Below are positions 8,989 through 18,883 of a stretch of DNA of 64,000 nucleotides, piece after piece. A program made the translations under genes and the position numbers. This stretch comes from Candidatus Nomurabacteria bacterium (GTDB taxonomy: Bacteria > Patescibacteriota > Minisyncoccia > Phycocordibacterales > UBA9973). Under the pieces are notes generated by a model that saw nothing but the letters and a program-made list of their open reading frames with translations, ran no database searches and was not told where the DNA came from. Where the stretch lies: contig JAPLXR010000007.1 in NCBI GenBank assembly GCA_026395955.1, positions 1,957 through 65,956 on the forward strand, written 5' to 3'. Numbering within the stretch: the first letter of the stretch is position 1; each line of letters begins with the position of its first letter.

Positions 8989-9840
8989 ATGACAATTGGA
9001 ACCTTATTTAAAACAGAAAGAGTAAACACAAAACCTGCTACAGCAAAAACTGCAGGAGTAGAAGAGGTACAAAATGACCCTATTGAGAAACTCAAGAAAG
9101 AATGGGGTGCAAATAACACAAATTCAAATAAAGACAAGAAAAAGAACAGTATTAAGAATGAAAGTCTACCCTCAAATATAAAGGAGGAGTTGCTAATACA
9201 ACAAAGAGAAAGGGAGGAGAAAGAAAAAATAAATAATACATTATTGAATGATTTTGGATATCCTAGTGAAGCATTAAGGACGCTTTCAATTAATCAGAAA
9301 AAGGCTATGTTTTTAGCAAAAACAACATATGCTGATTTTCTAGCTGAAAAAAGAGCTAAAATGGTAGAGGAGATTAATATGACACCTGAGCAACTTCATA
9401 ATACTAACAAAATTCAAGCTTCGGTCAGAAGAACAAATGAACAAGCAAAGGCTTTTGAAGAAAATAAAAAGAGTGGTAAAAAGATAAAAACAACTGAAGA
9501 AAAAGTAGATAATTTAATAGGGGCTATGTTTCCAAAACTTGAATTAATAAAACAATTACCAGATGAAGATGTAGAAGAATGGAGAGAGTACTATCAAGGA
9601 CGACTAAAAAATGAAAATATAAGCAATGAAGCAAAAGAAAGATATTTAAAAAAATTAAAAGTAATTAGAGAATACAAAGAATTCCTTAACGAAGTAGATA
9701 CTTCAAAAACAATTACTAATAAAAAAGGAGAGAAAGAAATATTAGAAATACTTACAAGTAAAATCGAAGCTAAAAGAACAGAAGAGAGAGAGGACAGAAG
9801 AAAAAAAGGTTTATTAAAAGATATAAAAATAAAACAATAA
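8989..9840 (+). CDS. Hypothetical Lys/Glu-rich soluble protein (283 aa)
   Basis: ORF with upstream consensus promoter; charged, coiled-coil-like composition; no TM segment. Confidence 0.55.
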   Translation: MTIGTLFKTERVNTKPATAKTAGVEEVQNDPIEKLKKEWGANNTNSNKDKKKNSIKNESLPSNIKEELLIQQREREEKEKINNTLLNDFGYPSEALRTLSINQKKAMFLAKTTYADFLAEKRAKMVEEINMTPEQLHNTNKIQASVRRTNEQAKAFEENKKSGKKIKTTEEKVDNLIGAMFPKLELIKQLPDEDVEEWREYYQGRLKNENISNEAKERYLKKLKVIREYKEFLNEVDTSKTITNKKGEKEILEILTSKIEAKRTEEREDRRKKGLLKDIKIKQ

Positions 9841-9844
9841 AATT

Positions 9845-12800
9845 ATGTCAGAACAACCACCAAAAGTTCGCACAAAAGAAGAGATACAGAAAGAACTAGA
9901 TGATCTTGAATTAAATCCTGAAAAACTAAAAGCTGAAGATTTTGATAAAAAAACCAGTGCGCTAGAAAAAGAATTAAAACAAGCAAATAATCTTTCTAAA
10001 AAAGAAAAAAATAATAGGAAAGACAAAGAGCCTAAATACGCTAGAGGTACGAGAATTTGGAACACTGGTTCAAATAACAAAGAAAACAAAGGAGCCTATG
10101 AAATATTGGAAACTCCTTCAAAAGAAAATGGTTATATGTATCTTTTAAACAAAGAAGGTACATCAATAATGGAACCTATTACTGAAGCAGATTTGATAGA
10201 TGCTTTAAATTCTTCATCTGGAATAATTAGAAAAGAAGAAGAAAAACCTAAAACAAAAAAGACTCCAAATTCAAAAAAGAATGAAAATAAAAAAACTACA
10301 GTAGTAGAAAATAAAATTCTAGAAAAAGTAACAAAAGGTAGAAATGTTTGGTTTAACGACAAAGCAAATGGTGGTAATTATATTGTAAATGAAACTCCAG
10401 CTGAAAATAAAGACAAAAAATATGTCTTGAAAAAAGAAAGTGGTGGAGGTAATTTCAGAGTTTCTGCACAAGAACTAGAAAAACTACTAAAGGATGAAAA
10501 AGTACAAGTAGTTTTAAAAGATGGGGAATATGAATTTAAAAAACCAGAAGTAAAAAATATAGTTGCTCCTGCAGTTGTAAAATCTCCGACAGTACCAGCT
10601 ACACCAACAAAAACACCTGATACAAAAAATAAAATTAAAACTCCAGAAGATGCAAAGAAAGAGTACTGGGATTTTATTCGTAAGGCTGTAGATTTAATCA
10701 AGGCAAATGGTTTAGACAGGGTTGTTATTCATGGAGATGAAACTAAAAATAAAGATAAATTAGAAAAATGGAATAGTGGATATACAGAAGAAAAACACAA
10801 AGAGCAAGGCCCTATTCTAGATATTTCTCCTGACTTAGACACAAGAGGTGCACTACTTTTCTTGAACAAAATTCAAGAAGCAAATTCTAATATATTTAAA
10901 AAAGGAGCCTTTATAGAAACAATTCCAAAGGGCACAGAACAGACTTTTACCAAAACAAAAAACAAAGGAAACGAACTTGTACTATATATGGATGTCGGAG
11001 GTAAAAATCCAAGTGTAGAAATAGGAGGTAAAAAAATAAATATATTTGCAGACCATCACGGAACAGAAGGTGGTTTTACAACTTCTGCAACTCAAATAAT
11101 GAAAGACATAGCAGTAACAGGAGGTCTTTCATTAGGCAACAAAGAAGAAACAGAATTTTTAAATAAAACATCTAGCTTTATAGCAAAGTTTGATAACTTG
11201 GCATATTTAGATGATAAAAAAGACAAAAGAGATCCTAAAAGTGAAAGGTTAGTAGATGAAAAATATTTACGAAATACTTTTCCTAGAAGTTTGTATTCAC
11301 TTGCAAAGTTCTTACCATTTGAAACAACCCTAGAAATACTAGGTAATAACGAAAAATTTGAAGATGGTAAAAAAATAGTTGATTGGAAAAATCCATTTCT
11401 AAAAGATGGAAAACCTCGTGATTGGGCAAATACTTTTACTGATGATGAAATAGAAAAAGGAGATATTGGAAAGATCGTTATTGATTATAAAAACCCAATA
11501 AATGGTGAAATAACCAAAATGACTGTAAAAGAGTTGGTTAAAAAAAACAAAGGAGATATAAACTACACAATAAAAGGTGAAGAAACAGCATTAAAAAACC
11601 AAGGTAAAAATACAGAGAGTTCAACTCTAGGTAAATTTGTATTTCATAACTTTGCAGACAATGGAAAAGGCAAAACAAATACAATACCAAAACACATGGC
11701 ATACCTTACATCTCGTGCACTTGGATATGATGCTTTTGTTTCTTACAACCCAGAAAGTGGAGCGATATTTATAAATTCAGATGGAAAGAAAGATCTAATG
11801 CCTGTTTGGGAAAAACTTAATGCAATAATTCCAGGATATCCAAAACCAGTCCGTAATCAAATGATGTTTGCACCGAAAGATCCAGAAATGATGAAAAAGA
11901 TGAAAGACATTTCACAAGAAAAACTTCTTGAGATTTTAGGAGCAAGAGAAAGTAAAGAAAAAGAAATTATTTCTGATAAAGAATATACTGACTTTGTAGA
12001 TAAAAATAAAGTATCTACATCTAGACTAGAAAGTCTTGCAGATAAAGTAATAGCTAGACACCAACTTTCAACAAGAGAACAAGCTATATTCAATGGAAAA
12101 ACTTCTGAAATAAATAAAATTATTGAAGAAAGATCTAAACAAGATAAAAAAGAAAACAAAACTGCTGACTTAAAGAAAGACATCAATAAAAAAATTGACG
12201 ATAAAGACAAGAAGAAGGATGACAAAACAGCGGGACCAACAGCGGAAGATTTAGAAAAACAAAAGAGAGAGAAAGCTGATTTAATGCAAGCTGTTATTTC
12301 TGCACGAGAAGAATTATTTGCTGCAAAAAATTCACCAGAAGGATTCTTTACTAAATTCAAAGCAAAGTGGGCAGGAAAGGCTAGTGAAAAAGAAAAGAGT
12401 ACAACAGAAAAAGAAAAAGCTTACTTCTCTGCCAAAAAAGCATATATAGAAAAATTACCAGCAGGAAGTCCTGAAATAAATATTTTTATACTTTCTGAAA
12501 TGGAAATAGTGAAAGCTAGAAAAATAGAAAACCTTCCACTTTCTGAAAGAATTAAAAATGGAATTTCAAAAGGAATAAAATGGTGGGAAGAAATAGGTAC
12601 AAATCCAGATGATAGTACACTAAAACGTTTTGGTAAAAAGACAGCAAAAGCTCTAGTAGCTATAGGTATTATCGGTGGAGCATCAGCTGCAGCAGTTAGT
12701 GGACTTGCAGCAGTAGGAATAGGTAGCGCTAGTGCACTCGGAGCAGGAGCTACATCATACTTGGGTAGAAAAATGCTTATGTCAGTAGGAATGAGTAGTG

Positions 12801-14152
12801 CAATGTCAATAATGCCACCAGGTGCAAAATCTCTCTTTGCAAAAGTAGTGCCAATGTTCAGTGTTGCTGGTGCATTAGGATATGGAGCTTCAAAAGCTGC
12901 ACAATTTGCAACAAACAAATGGCTCGGCGAAGAATCAATAACCAATAGTTTAAATGCACGCATAGATGCGTTAAAAAATTCAAAAAATGAAACTGAATCT
13001 TTAGATTCAAAATTAAAGAGAATGGAAAAGGAGTATGCAGAAATACATAAATCTGCAGAGAATAAAAGATTCGGAAGAAGACTTATGGGTGGAGTAGTTG
13101 CTCTAGGTACAAGTATCGCTTTCTTAGAATACGGTGGTCATAAAATAGATCAACACAATCTAGAGACACAAACTCATGCAGTACCAGAAAAACATCCAGA
13201 AATAATACACAAAGAAGCACCAGTGGAACAAAATCATGGAATAAATACTAAAGTAGAATTCAGTTCTAATGGAGCTATAGCAACACTTGATAATTTGAAA
13301 GGTGAGTTGAATAAACAATACCATGGAGATTTTTCTCATGCACCAAAAAGTGTTCAAGAATTTATGAATACAAATTCTACTCAAGCTGCTATAAACTTAG
13401 GAATGTTTCATCCGAATGATCCTACAGGAAATGAAAGTATGATGATTATGAGAGGTTCAACTATTAGCTTCGATGAACATGGTAATTTGTCTTATCATGA
13501 CATACAAAAAAATATTGATCATACTCTAATAGAAGGAGATAAAAATTCTGTAGAACAATACCATGGAAACATGTTTCATGCAGGTAATAGTGATCAACAA
13601 ACACACAATTACGATGAAAATTTGAAACCAGTAAGACCAGTAATGAGTTTTGAACATAACATGATAAATGAAACAAATGATGTAAATCATTCTGAAGTTC
13701 CAATAGCAGAAAAAAACATGACATATACAGAAGAAGCGGAAAAAGAAAATGCGGACAATAATGTAAATGTGAATGAAAATAGTAATACAGAAAATAATAA
13801 TTCAAATGAAAATACAGAAACAACACAAGTTGAACATTTCGGTTTACATGCAGACAAATTAGCAGAAGTATTTACCGTTCACGATGAAAATATTAACAAA
13901 CTTTTTGAAGACCAGAAAGTATGGGATAGTGTAAGTTATAGACCAGCAAATTTCTTCATAGAACAATCAGCAGAAGATATGAATGACACTTATAAACCTT
14001 TTATAGAACACATTCAAGATTTGCATGAAAAAAGTGGACTAGAGCCTAGAGCCTCAACAATATTAATGCCAGCAGAAACAGCAGATCAATATATAGAACG
14101 TGCCTTAGAGAAAATCGCATCAGAAGATAAATTAGAAGAAGTTAAACTTTAA
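9845..14152 (+). CDS. Giant protein (1435 aa): K-rich N-terminus, DHH-like phosphoesterase motifs, coiled coils, glycine-zipper TM block, His-rich C-terminus
   Basis: VVIHGD...ISPDLDTRGA...IFADHHGTEGG (DHH-family-like motifs, ~10700-11110); GxxxG/AxxxA hydrophobic block ~12650-12950. Confidence 0.6.
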   Translation: MSEQPPKVRTKEEIQKELDDLELNPEKLKAEDFDKKTSALEKELKQANNLSKKEKNNRKDKEPKYARGTRIWNTGSNNKENKGAYEILETPSKENGYMYLLNKEGTSIMEPITEADLIDALNSSSGIIRKEEEKPKTKKTPNSKKNENKKTTVVENKILEKVTKGRNVWFNDKANGGNYIVNETPAENKDKKYVLKKESGGGNFRVSAQELEKLLKDEKVQVVLKDGEYEFKKPEVKNIVAPAVVKSPTVPATPTKTPDTKNKIKTPEDAKKEYWDFIRKAVDLIKANGLDRVVIHGDETKNKDKLEKWNSGYTEEKHKEQGPILDISPDLDTRGALLFLNKIQEANSNIFKKGAFIETIPKGTEQTFTKTKNKGNELVLYMDVGGKNPSVEIGGKKINIFADHHGTEGGFTTSATQIMKDIAVTGGLSLGNKEETEFLNKTSSFIAKFDNLAYLDDKKDKRDPKSERLVDEKYLRNTFPRSLYSLAKFLPFETTLEILGNNEKFEDGKKIVDWKNPFLKDGKPRDWANTFTDDEIEKGDIGKIVIDYKNPINGEITKMTVKELVKKNKGDINYTIKGEETALKNQGKNTESSTLGKFVFHNFADNGKGKTNTIPKHMAYLTSRALGYDAFVSYNPESGAIFINSDGKKDLMPVWEKLNAIIPGYPKPVRNQMMFAPKDPEMMKKMKDISQEKLLEILGARESKEKEIISDKEYTDFVDKNKVSTSRLESLADKVIARHQLSTREQAIFNGKTSEINKIIEERSKQDKKENKTADLKKDINKKIDDKDKKKDDKTAGPTAEDLEKQKREKADLMQAVISAREELFAAKNSPEGFFTKFKAKWAGKASEKEKSTTEKEKAYFSAKKAYIEKLPAGSPEINIFILSEMEIVKARKIENLPLSERIKNGISKGIKWWEEIGTNPDDSTLKRFGKKTAKALVAIGIIGGASAAAVSGLAAVGIGSASALGAGATSYLGRKMLMSVGMSSAMSIMPPGAKSLFAKVVPMFSVAGALGYGASKAAQFATNKWLGEESITNSLNARIDALKNSKNETESLDSKLKRMEKEYAEIHKSAENKRFGRRLMGGVVALGTSIAFLEYGGHKIDQHNLETQTHAVPEKHPEIIHKEAPVEQNHGINTKVEFSSNGAIATLDNLKGELNKQYHGDFSHAPKSVQEFMNTNSTQAAINLGMFHPNDPTGNESMMIMRGSTISFDEHGNLSYHDIQKNIDHTLIEGDKNSVEQYHGNMFHAGNSDQQTHNYDENLKPVRPVMSFEHNMINETNDVNHSEVPIAEKNMTYTEEAEKENADNNVNVNENSNTENNNSNENTETTQVEHFGLHADKLAEVFTVHDENINKLFEDQKVWDSVSYRPANFFIEQSAEDMNDTYKPFIEHIQDLHEKSGLEPRASTILMPAETADQYIERALEKIASEDKLEEVKL

Positions 14153-14175
14153 TTATTAATTAATAAAAAAATAAA

Positions 14176-14481
14176 ATGGCTACAATAAAACAAACATTAA
14201 TAGAATTGTTCGAATTAGAAAAAATGTCTCCAGAGCAGGCGACAGAGACAGCAGAGAGATTAGCAAAATTAGTAATGCAAGGAGTTTTAACTAGAGTATT
14301 ACCGACATTATCAGAAGAAGATTTACAAAAATATGAAGAAATTATAGACACATATCAAAGCCCAGAAGTATTGTTTGATTTCTTAAACTCTAAAGTTGTA
14401 AACTTTCAAGACATCTTAACAGAAGAAACAGAAAGTTTACATAGAGAACTTTCCGGAGAAATGTCAGCACTAACTAATTAA
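14176..14481 (+). CDS. Small hypothetical acidic protein (101 aa)
   Basis: ORF between the giant gene and a terminator. Confidence 0.45.
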   Translation: MATIKQTLIELFELEKMSPEQATETAERLAKLVMQGVLTRVLPTLSEEDLQKYEEIIDTYQSPEVLFDFLNSKVVNFQDILTEETESLHRELSGEMSALTN

Positions 14482-14493
14482 AATAAATATTTA

Positions 14494-14530
14494 AAAAACA
14501 TTCTGAAATAAAATTCAGAATGTTTTTTAT
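14494..14530 (+). terminator. Intrinsic terminator
   Basis: aaacattctgaa / ttcagaatgttt 12-bp stem followed by TTTTTT. Confidence 0.7.
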
Positions 14531-14549
14531 TTTATGCTATATTTGAGTA

Positions 14550-16574
14550 ATGGAACATTTGAATGGCTTAAATAATTCTCAAAAAGAAGCTGCTTTACAC
14601 ACAACAGGTCCACTACTCATAGTGGCTGGGGCAGGAGCAGGGAAGACAAAAACTATAACTCATAGAATTGTTAATCTTATAAAAGAAGGCGTTTCACCAG
14701 AAAAAATATTGGCTGTGACTTTCACAAACAAATCAGCCAAGGAAATGCGTGAGAGAATAATAAATGAAATAGAGAAGAATGCAAAAGGGCAAAATAAGGT
14801 TCCTTTTGTTAGCACTTTTCACGCCCTCGGCGTACACATAATAAAAGAAAACTCACGGTTAATCGGTGTCACAAGACATTTTACTATATTAGATGAAGGG
14901 GATGCTCTATCTATAATAAAAGAAGCTCTAAAAGAAAATGATTTGGACCCAAAACAATTTGAACCGAAAAAAATAAAGAATCTAATAAGCCGAGAAAAAG
15001 GTAAATTTACTAAAATGGAAGATTATTTTGAAAGTGCAACAGAATACCTCCCTCGTATCGTCGCTCGTGTTTGGAAAAGTTATGAAAGCAAAAAAGCAAA
15101 AGAAAATGCACTTGATTTCGATGATCTACTTTCAAAAGCTACACTACTGTTAAAAGAAAACAAGGAAGTTAGAAAAATGTACCAAGATCGCTGGAGTCAT
15201 ATACATATAGATGAGTATCAGGATACAAACGAAGCTCAATACGTAATGAGTAAATTACTATCTGAAAATCATAAAAATATATGTGTTGTCGGAGATGCTG
15301 ATCAAAATATTTATTCTTGGCGTGGAGCAAATTTAAAAAATATTTTATCTTTTGAAAAAGATTATCCAGATGCAAAAATAGTTTTGCTTGAAGAAAATTA
15401 CCGTTCAACACAAAATATACTAGAAGCAGCAAATACAATAATAAAGAAAAACAAATATCGTCCTGATAAAAATCTATTTACATCAAACCCTGTCGGTGAA
15501 AAAATTTCTGTCTATGAAGCACTCGAGGAAACTGAAGAGGCTGATTTTATAGCTACAAAAATTTTAGAAATTGTAGATGGTTCCGACAGTAATAAAATTT
15601 TTGATCCTGCGCCCTTCTTTGGGCGCAATTCTGGGGACAAAGTGGGATCCTTGGATACAAAAATTTCATCACTGTCTCCACAATTTAGCGACATAGCTAT
15701 TTTATACCGTGCGAATTTTCAATCACGCGTACTCGAAGAAGCAATGCTAAGGTACAATATTCCATATCAAGTTTTGGGAGTAAAATTCTTCGAGAGAAAA
15801 GAAATAAAAGACACACTCGCATATCTACGCGCAGCGATGAATCCTGAAAGTTTATCTGATATAAAAAGAATTATAAATTTCCCAGCACGAGGGATAGGCA
15901 AAGTTACTCTCGCAAAAATATTTGTAAAAGAAACATCTGACTTACCAATAAAAATGCAAATTAAAATAAAAAACTTCTATGAACTACTAGAAGAAATAAA
16001 AGCAAACATAGAACACAACACGGTATCAGAAGTTATAAAATTCGTAATTAAAAAAACAGGAATAGAAGAAGAATTGAAAAATGGGGGAGATGAAGAAATG
16101 GAAAGATTAGCAAACATAAAAGAACTCGCAACTCTCGCTCTCAAATATGAGAATCTAGAAAATGGACTAGGAGTAGAAAAACTTATCGAAGACGCATCTC
16201 TCGCCTCTGATCAAGATTCAATAATGATCACGGAAGAAAAACCTGAAAAAGTAAATGCTGTAAAACTCATGACTGTCCATGCTTCAAAAGGACTTGAGTT
16301 TAAATATGTTTTCGTCACAGGACTCGAAGAAGGACTTTTTCCAAGCCAGCGTGATACTGAAAGTAAATCAGCAGAAGATAGTGAGGAAGAACGCAGGCTT
16401 TTCTATGTAGCCATAACTCGTGCACGTGAAAAATTATTTTTATCTTTTGCAAATTTCCGTACTATATTCGGAGAGAGAAGAATCAATTCGCCATCACAAT
16501 TCATATCAGATATTCCAGGAGATATAATAGAGAAGGGAGGTGAGAATCAAAATGTAAAAACAATATATATTTAG
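14550..16574 (+). CDS. uvrD: UvrD/PcrA-family ATP-dependent DNA helicase
   Basis: Starts LNNSQKEAA...; Walker A AGAGAGKTKT; helicase motifs DEYQDTN, VGDADQNIY, TVHASKGLEF, VAITRAR. Confidence 0.9.
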   Translation: MEHLNGLNNSQKEAALHTTGPLLIVAGAGAGKTKTITHRIVNLIKEGVSPEKILAVTFTNKSAKEMRERIINEIEKNAKGQNKVPFVSTFHALGVHIIKENSRLIGVTRHFTILDEGDALSIIKEALKENDLDPKQFEPKKIKNLISREKGKFTKMEDYFESATEYLPRIVARVWKSYESKKAKENALDFDDLLSKATLLLKENKEVRKMYQDRWSHIHIDEYQDTNEAQYVMSKLLSENHKNICVVGDADQNIYSWRGANLKNILSFEKDYPDAKIVLLEENYRSTQNILEAANTIIKKNKYRPDKNLFTSNPVGEKISVYEALEETEEADFIATKILEIVDGSDSNKIFDPAPFFGRNSGDKVGSLDTKISSLSPQFSDIAILYRANFQSRVLEEAMLRYNIPYQVLGVKFFERKEIKDTLAYLRAAMNPESLSDIKRIINFPARGIGKVTLAKIFVKETSDLPIKMQIKIKNFYELLEEIKANIEHNTVSEVIKFVIKKTGIEEELKNGGDEEMERLANIKELATLALKYENLENGLGVEKLIEDASLASDQDSIMITEEKPEKVNAVKLMTVHASKGLEFKYVFVTGLEEGLFPSQRDTESKSAEDSEEERRLFYVAITRAREKLFLSFANFRTIFGERRINSPSQFISDIPGDIIEKGGENQNVKTIYI

Positions 16575-16617
16575 TCCTCACCACTTCTAGCGATAGCAAA
16601 GAGTGGTGAGTAAAATT

Positions 16618-17487
16618 ATGAAAACAATACAACACAAAGCAAAAAAATCATTAGGGCAAAACTTTTTAAAATCAGTACCAGCACTGCATGCTATTGTGAA
16701 TGCAGGTGAAATAAAAGATACTGATACTATTTTAGAAATTGGTCCTGGTAAAGGTGCCCTCACAGAGAAACTTTTAGAAGTCGCAGGTACTGTTATCGCA
16801 ATAGAAAAAGATCGCGACTTGTTAGAATTTTTACAAACAAAATTTTCTAAAAAAATTACAGAAGGTAAATTTATTTTAATAAATGGAGATGTGCTAGAAG
16901 TGGAGGATAGTATTGTAAAAAACCTTGGTAGGAGCGACGGCGACGGACAGAGAAAATCTTTAGCAAAAGATTTTCGTGTTTTCGAAAATGCTATCCTCCA
17001 CGGAGGATATAAAATAATTGCAAATATTCCATACAACATTACTGGAGCGATTTTGAAAAAGTTCCTTACTGCAGAAAATCAACCAGAAAGAATGGTATTA
17101 ATGGTGCAAAATGAAGTAGCAAAGAGAATAGTCGCTCGTGATGGAAGTGAAAGTATTTTATCTATCTCAGTCAAAGCATATGGAAATCCAAAAATAATTA
17201 TGAAAGTTCCTGCACGATATTTTTCTCCAGCACCAAAAGTTGATTCTGCAATTATAGCTATCACAGAAATAAATAGAAATAATTTTAAAAATAAAAACTT
17301 AGAGGAAAAATTCTGGGAACTGGTAAAGACTGGTTTTGCACATAAAAGAAAAATACTACTAAGTAATCTCAAAGAACTTGCTAGGCAAGACCTAGCAAGT
17401 ATATTTGTGAATTTAAAAATACCAGAAAAAGCTCGAGCTGAAAATTTAAAACCAGTAGACTGGCTAGAAATTGCTAAAAAATTATAA
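16618..17487 (+). CDS. rsmA: 16S rRNA (adenine1518/1519-N6)-dimethyltransferase RsmA/KsgA, with a ~27-aa insertion
   Basis: KKSLGQNFL start, SAM motif LEIGPGKGALT, NIPYNIT motif; ORF-table start 16603 shortened to Met 16618. Confidence 0.85.
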   Translation: MKTIQHKAKKSLGQNFLKSVPALHAIVNAGEIKDTDTILEIGPGKGALTEKLLEVAGTVIAIEKDRDLLEFLQTKFSKKITEGKFILINGDVLEVEDSIVKNLGRSDGDGQRKSLAKDFRVFENAILHGGYKIIANIPYNITGAILKKFLTAENQPERMVLMVQNEVAKRIVARDGSESILSISVKAYGNPKIIMKVPARYFSPAPKVDSAIIAITEINRNNFKNKNLEEKFWELVKTGFAHKRKILLSNLKELARQDLASIFVNLKIPEKARAENLKPVDWLEIAKKL

Positions 17488-17507
17488 CTTTATGTTATAA
17501 TTTATAT

Positions 17508-17900
17508 ATGCAAAAAATGGCAAAAAAAGACTGGACTAAACTTTCTATACTAATAGTACTAATAGTCTCATTTGAAATAGCTCATGCATCTAGTGGTCAA
17601 TTTTTTGCTGGTAGAATAACTCAAGCTCCTGATCAAGAAGTACAATCTTTAGCAGACTCTGATTATACTTGTGAACCAGAAAATACGACCATAGATATTC
17701 AATCATTTAAAGGTCCAACAGCTTACTATATACCACAAGGCACAGAATCAAAAACAAAAAACCAACAAAAAGATGGTCAATTAGTAATAGGACGTTATAG
17801 TGGCACAACAACGATAACATGCACAGAAGACACTGAACCTTACGATGTACAAACATTTCAATTTAACACGATAGATATGTGGGCAAATTCAAAACAATAA
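17508..17900 (+). CDS. Small secreted protein (130 aa, signal peptide); first gene of the surface/T4SS-like island
   Basis: N-terminal hydrophobic signal ending AHA-SS; -10 TATAAT immediately upstream. Confidence 0.5.
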   Translation: MQKMAKKDWTKLSILIVLIVSFEIAHASSGQFFAGRITQAPDQEVQSLADSDYTCEPENTTIDIQSFKGPTAYYIPQGTESKTKNQQKDGQLVIGRYSGTTTITCTEDTEPYDVQTFQFNTIDMWANSKQ

Positions 17901-18883
17901 TGTTAAATAAAATAATAAATAGTAAATATATGCCTAGTAAAAAAATAAAAATAGTTTTATTTATTTTTATTTTTTTACTAGTTATTTTATTTATTTTCTT
18001 AAAATCATCAACAAAATCAAGCTTTTTTTCAAAAAAAGATAATTTAGAGGTTCAGAATTCAACAATAAATGACCTTATAGCAAAAGACACAGATGGTGAT
18101 GGTATTCCAGATTGGGAAGAGTCACTTTGGGGGACTGACAAAAACAAAGTATCAACTTTTACTGGAACAGATGATAAAACATACATTGAAAACAAGAAAA
18201 AAGAACTAAGTTTGTCAAATGCAAGTAGTACAGACAATTTAACAGAAACACAAAAATTCTCTAGAGATTTCTTTACAGCTTTTATGTCTATGAAAACAGG
18301 ACAAGTAGACAATACTACAATTAATAGTTTTTCTGCTGCGTTAGGACAAAAAGTAGCAGATCCTAATCTAACAGATCAATACACTGAAAAAGATTTAAAA
18401 TTAGATGTTTCAGGAGATTTAAATAAACAAAAAAAATATTACATGAGTATACAGAGTCTTTTTGAACAATATCAACTTTCAGGATTAGGAGACGAATTAG
18501 ATATTGTTAGCCAAACATTGGCATCTGGAGATGATACAAATAAAGCAACTCAAATAATGCAATTACTTAAAATATCTGATGCTTACAAGGGTTTTGCATC
18601 TAAAATCATGGATTTAGAAGTTCCAGAAAAACTAAAAAATATACATCTAAGGATAGCAAACAGTTCAAATAACACAGGAATCAGTGTCTTAAATATGTCT
18701 AAAATAATAGGAGACCCTGTTGTTGGATTGTCCGGCCTTTCTCAATATCAAAAATATAGTAATGATTTAATAATTGCTGCTGGTGACCTAGAGACAACTC
18801 TACCAGATAATGGTAATATAGTAAGTAATACAAAAAATGTTAAAAGTAGCACCCAACAAAATTTATTAAATAGTATTCAATAA
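17900..18883 (+). CDS. Membrane-anchored protein with a DTDGDGIPDWEE calcium-binding-like motif
   Basis: TAATG stop/start coupling with the upstream ORF; N-terminal TM then a DxDGDGxxDxxE loop. Confidence 0.5.
   Translation: MLNKIINSKYMPSKKIKIVLFIFIFLLVILFIFLKSSTKSSFFSKKDNLEVQNSTINDLIAKDTDGDGIPDWEESLWGTDKNKVSTFTGTDDKTYIENKKKELSLSNASSTDNLTETQKFSRDFFTAFMSMKTGQVDNTTINSFSAALGQKVADPNLTDQYTEKDLKLDVSGDLNKQKKYYMSIQSLFEQYQLSGLGDELDIVSQTLASGDDTNKATQIMQLLKISDAYKGFASKIMDLEVPEKLKNIHLRIANSSNNTGISVLNMSKIIGDPVVGLSGLSQYQKYSNDLIIAAGDLETTLPDNGNIVSNTKNVKSSTQQNLLNSIQ

Noticed and set aside
10378-12963. Several minus-strand ORFs (107-180 aa) inside the giant gene 9845-14152
   Set aside because: All lie antisense within one long continuous plus-strand ORF and have low-complexity translations driven by the A-rich sense strand.
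15169-15694. Minus-strand ORFs of 60-89 aa inside the uvrD/pcrA-like gene
   Set aside because: Antisense shadow ORFs within a strongly supported helicase gene.
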